Origin: an uncultured Rhodospirillaceae bacterium
GTDB lineage: Bacteria; Pseudomonadota; Alphaproteobacteria; Dongiales; Dongiaceae
Length of the DNA stretch: 24,000 bases
Direction: 5' to 3'
Assembly (NCBI GenBank): GCA_964569315.1
Contig: CAZMUZ010000018.1
Location: forward strand, 6,835-30,834
In this document: piece by piece, positions 21,820 through 24,000 of the stretch
How the letters are laid out: every line of letters starts with the position of its first letter
Numbering within the stretch: the first letter of the stretch is position 1
Program-made: the position numbers and the translations under genes
The notes under the pieces: generated by a model
The model's database searches: none
The model's input: only the letters and a program-made list of their open reading frames with translations
What the model was told of the DNA's origin: nothing

Positions 21820-22521
21820 ATGACTCCAGAGCTCGCCCTCTATTCCGCTGCCGTCTGCCCCTATGCCCAGCGCACGCACCTGCTATTGCTCGAGAAAGGG
21901 GTGCCCTACGAGACAGTCGAAGTCGACCTCAAGAACAAATCGGCGGAGTTCCTCGCAATCTCCCCCTATTCGAAGGTTCCCGTCATCAAGCGCGGGCCGG
22001 ATGTAGTCTGGGAATCCTCGGTCATCAACGAGTATCTGGAGGAGATCTACCCCAACCCGCCGATGATGCCGAGAGAACCCGGGCGCCGGGCGCTCGCCCG
22101 CGTCTGGATCGATTTCGCGAATGTAAAACTGTTGCCGACCTGGTATCGGCTTTTCCTCGCGCAGGATCCGGCGCGGCAGGCATTCCTCGCGGACGAGCTT
22201 ACCAGCCATTTCCTGTTCATGGAGCAGGCTGGCATTGCAGCGCTGTCGCCCTCCGGCCCCTTCTGGCTGGGCAAGCATCTGTCGCTTGTCGATCTTACAT
22301 ACTGGCCCTGGTTCGAACGGCTTGGGGCGCTGAAGCACTATCGCAATTTGGTTCTACCGCCCGAATGCCGACGCCTGCGTGACTGGATGAAGGTCATGTC
22401 GGCGCAGGACTCAGTCATGGCGATCGCTCGCCCGACTGAGTTCTATATCTCGGGCTACGCCTCCTATGCCGACGGCTCGGAGCAGGGCGTCACGGCCCGC
22501 GACATGCGCGCAGGCCAGTAG
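21820..22521 (+). CDS. Glutathione S-transferase family protein, Cys-type (omega/GSH-dependent reductase-like)
   Basis: ATG at 21820 with AAGGAA 7 nt upstream. The N-terminal thioredoxin-like domain has CPYAQR (active-site Cys position), SKVPV and WESSVINEYL. 233 aa. G+C is visibly lower than in the flanking genes. Confidence 0.8.
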   Translation: MTPELALYSAAVCPYAQRTHLLLLEKGVPYETVEVDLKNKSAEFLAISPYSKVPVIKRGPDVVWESSVINEYLEEIYPNPPMMPREPGRRALARVWIDFANVKLLPTWYRLFLAQDPARQAFLADELTSHFLFMEQAGIAALSPSGPFWLGKHLSLVDLTYWPWFERLGALKHYRNLVLPPECRRLRDWMKVMSAQDSVMAIARPTEFYISGYASYADGSEQGVTARDMRAGQ

Positions 22522-22560
22522 ACGCGAGACGACCTCGCGCGTCGGCCGCCTCCTGACGCC

Positions 22561-22746
22561 TCAGCGCGACTTGAAAAAGGCCGCGGCGCCGGCGCGATGG
22601 CTCTGCTTGGTCGCGATCTTCGCTTCGACCCGCGCGATCTCGGCCTTGAGCTCGGCGATGTATTCCTCGAGCTCGGCGACCGCGAGCGGCTCGAGATCGC
22701 GCTGGGCGGGCTTCTTCTTCCTCGGTTCGAGTTCTTCCGGATCCAT
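22561..22746 (-). CDS. DUF1192 family small protein
   Basis: ATG at 22746: MDPEELEPRKKKPAQRDLEPLAVAELEEYIAELKAEIARVEAKIATKQSHRAGAAAFFKSR (61 aa). This fits the alphaproteobacterial DUF1192 pattern. The 411-aa track ORF is an antisense shadow of the oxidoreductase gene. Confidence 0.75.
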   Translation of the reverse strand: MDPEELEPRKKKPAQRDLEPLAVAELEEYIAELKAEIARVEAKIATKQSHRAGAAAFFKSR

Positions 22747-22824
22747 GAGACAATTCCGTTCGCTTGCCTCGGCTTCGGACGCATTATAAACCAGCCTGGC
22801 TGCAATCGAGGAGTCTTCGCCCGC

Positions 22825-23826
22825 ATGTTCCTGCCCGCCGAGATGAAGGCGATCGTCGTCGAGAATCCGGGCAGCGCCGACCGGCTCCGCCTCATCCGCC
22901 GGCCGATACCGAAGCCAAGCGAAGGCGAGCTTCTCGTCCGCATCGCGGCCGCGGGCGTAAACCGTCCCGACATCCTCCAGCGCGAAGGCAATTACGGGCC
23001 GCCACCGGGCGCTTCCGACATTCTCGGCCTCGAGCTCGCGGGCGAGGTCGTCGGCAAGGGCTCGGGCGATACCGGGCCCTGGAAGATCGGCGACAAGCTC
23101 TGCGCGCTCGTCGCCGGCGGCGGCTACGCGGAATATTGCAACGTGCCGGCACCGCAATGCCTGCCCGTTCCGCGCGGGCTCGACCTCATCGAGGCGGCCG
23201 CGATGCCCGAGACCTTCTTCACGGTTTGGACCAACGTCTTCGAGCGCGCCGCCCTCAGGCCCGGCGAATCGATCCTCATTCACGGCGGATCGAGCGGCAT
23301 CGGCACCACCGCGATTCAGCTCGCTCATGTCCATGGCGCGACTGTGATGGCGACGGCGGGCGGGCCGGAGAAGGTCGCGGCCTGCCGCGCCCTCGGCGCC
23401 GAGCGCGGCATCGACTACAAGGTCGAGGATTTCGTGGCGGCGGTGAAGGACCATACCGGCGGTCGCGGCGCCGACGTGATCCTCGACATGGTCGGCGGCG
23501 ACTATATCGCGCGCAACCTCAAATGCCTCGCGCTGGAAGGACGCCTCGTGCAGATCGCCTTCCTCAAGGGCAGCAAGGTCGAGCTCGATCTCATGCATCT
23601 GATGCTGAAGCGGCAGACCCTGACGGGCTCCACGCTTCGGGCCCGTCCGGTCGCCGAGAAGGGCGCGATCGCCGCGAAGCTCAAGGATCGCGTCTGGCCC
23701 TGGGTCGAGGCGGGCCGAGTGAAGCCGGTCATCCACCGCACTTTCCCCCTCGCGGCCGCCGCCGACGCGCACCGCCTGCTCGAGGAAGGCCGGCATATCG
23801 GCAAGATCGTGCTGACGGTGGGTTAG
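22825..23826 (+). CDS. NAD(P)H:quinone oxidoreductase, zinc-free MDR family (PIG3/zeta-crystallin type)
   Basis: MKAIVVENPG..., AAGVNRPDILQREGNYGPPPGASDILGLELAGEV, and the cofactor motif HGGSSGIGTTAIQLA. The start is the ATG at 22825 (GAGGAG 12 nt upstream) or at 22843 (MKAIVV). Confidence 0.85.
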   Translation: MFLPAEMKAIVVENPGSADRLRLIRRPIPKPSEGELLVRIAAAGVNRPDILQREGNYGPPPGASDILGLELAGEVVGKGSGDTGPWKIGDKLCALVAGGGYAEYCNVPAPQCLPVPRGLDLIEAAAMPETFFTVWTNVFERAALRPGESILIHGGSSGIGTTAIQLAHVHGATVMATAGGPEKVAACRALGAERGIDYKVEDFVAAVKDHTGGRGADVILDMVGGDYIARNLKCLALEGRLVQIAFLKGSKVELDLMHLMLKRQTLTGSTLRARPVAEKGAIAAKLKDRVWPWVEAGRVKPVIHRTFPLAAAADAHRLLEEGRHIGKIVLTVG

Positions 23827-24000
23827 CGCTCGGTCTCCTCCGCCAGCATCTCGAGGTAGCGCGCGATCTCGGTATGGTCGGCGGCGCTGCCGAGCCGCGC
23901 CTCCGCGTCGTTCCAGAGGGCGATGCAGCGCTCCGCGAGCGGCGCCGGCGATCCGGTCGCGCCGGCGAGATCGAGGGCGGTGCGCAGGTCCTTCGCCATG
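23823..24000 (-). CDS. C-terminal fragment of a beta-hydroxyacid/3-hydroxyisobutyrate dehydrogenase-like NAD(P) oxidoreductase (continues beyond the window)
   Basis: Not in the supplied track. My hand translation of the - strand gives 58 open codons, ...MAKDLRTALDLAGATGSPAPLAERCIALWNDAEARLGSAADHTEIARYLEMLAEETER, then TAA (plus-strand tta 23823-23825). The KDL..A.D.A...G...PL...G..D pattern fits the family C-terminus. Its stop overlaps the convergent oxidoreductase stop (TTAG). Confidence 0.5.
   Translation of the reverse strand, partial: MAKDLRTALDLAGATGSPAPLAERCIALWNDAEARLGSAADHTEIARYLEMLAEETER

Noticed and set aside
22561-23796. 411-aa minus-strand ORF
   Set aside because: Only its last 61 codons (from the ATG at 22746) form the DUF1192 protein. 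The remainder is the antisense shadow of the quinone oxidoreductase gene.
1-24000. Scan for tRNA, rRNA, CRISPR arrays, and transposase or integrase genes
   Set aside because: I found no tRNA-like T-arm/acceptor patterns, no regularly spaced repeats, and no ORF with transposase, integrase or recombinase motifs on either strand.

Overview
High-G+C chromosomal window, most likely from an alphaproteobacterium of the Hyphomicrobiales/Rhizobiales type. Supporting markers are efp-suhB synteny, DUF1465/RcdA-like and DUF1192 genes, a Cys-less L31, and a ROSE-like leader on a small heat-shock gene. I call 26 protein-coding genes (two cut by the window edges) and one gene fragment. I found no tRNA, rRNA, CRISPR array or intact mobile element. 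Many long ORFs in the six-frame track are antisense or out-of-frame shadows typical of GC-rich DNA, and several real genes start well inside their track ORFs. I re-derived those starts from ATG/GTG codons and Shine-Dalgarno spacing. Layout: (1) efp, suhB. (2) A tightly packed same-strand cluster at 1461-6121: a secreted Pro/Ala-rich OmpA-like protein, a MotA/ExbB/TolQ-like channel protein with a long helical tail, a MotB-like protein with a long coiled coil and an OmpA-like domain, and an abutting LysR regulator. This is the best candidate for an uncharacterised system, an orphan stator-like envelope module with no flagellar, Tol, Ton or Zorya partner genes in the window. (3) A creatinine/creatine catabolic locus at 6336-13291: a yeast-Fcy1-like deaminase, a PotABCD-type ABC importer, creatininase and creatinase. 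(4) A cyaY (frataxin) plus fused ABC exporter pair. (5) rpmE, an NQO1-like quinone reductase, an RcdA-like gene, and an hsp20 gene preceded by an RpoH-type promoter and a ROSE-like thermometer. (6) A KTSC gene, an alpha/beta hydrolase and metY. (7) A lower-G+C patch at about 21040-22560 with hairpin terminators, an inverted-repeat-bounded segment, a possible sRNA/sORF, and a Cys-type GST gene flanked by 85-nt direct repeats derived from the 3' end of the neighbouring DUF1192 gene. (8) A PIG3-type quinone oxidoreductase and the 3' end of a beta-hydroxyacid dehydrogenase-like gene. All family assignments come from reading motifs and from remembered reference sequences. No database search was run.
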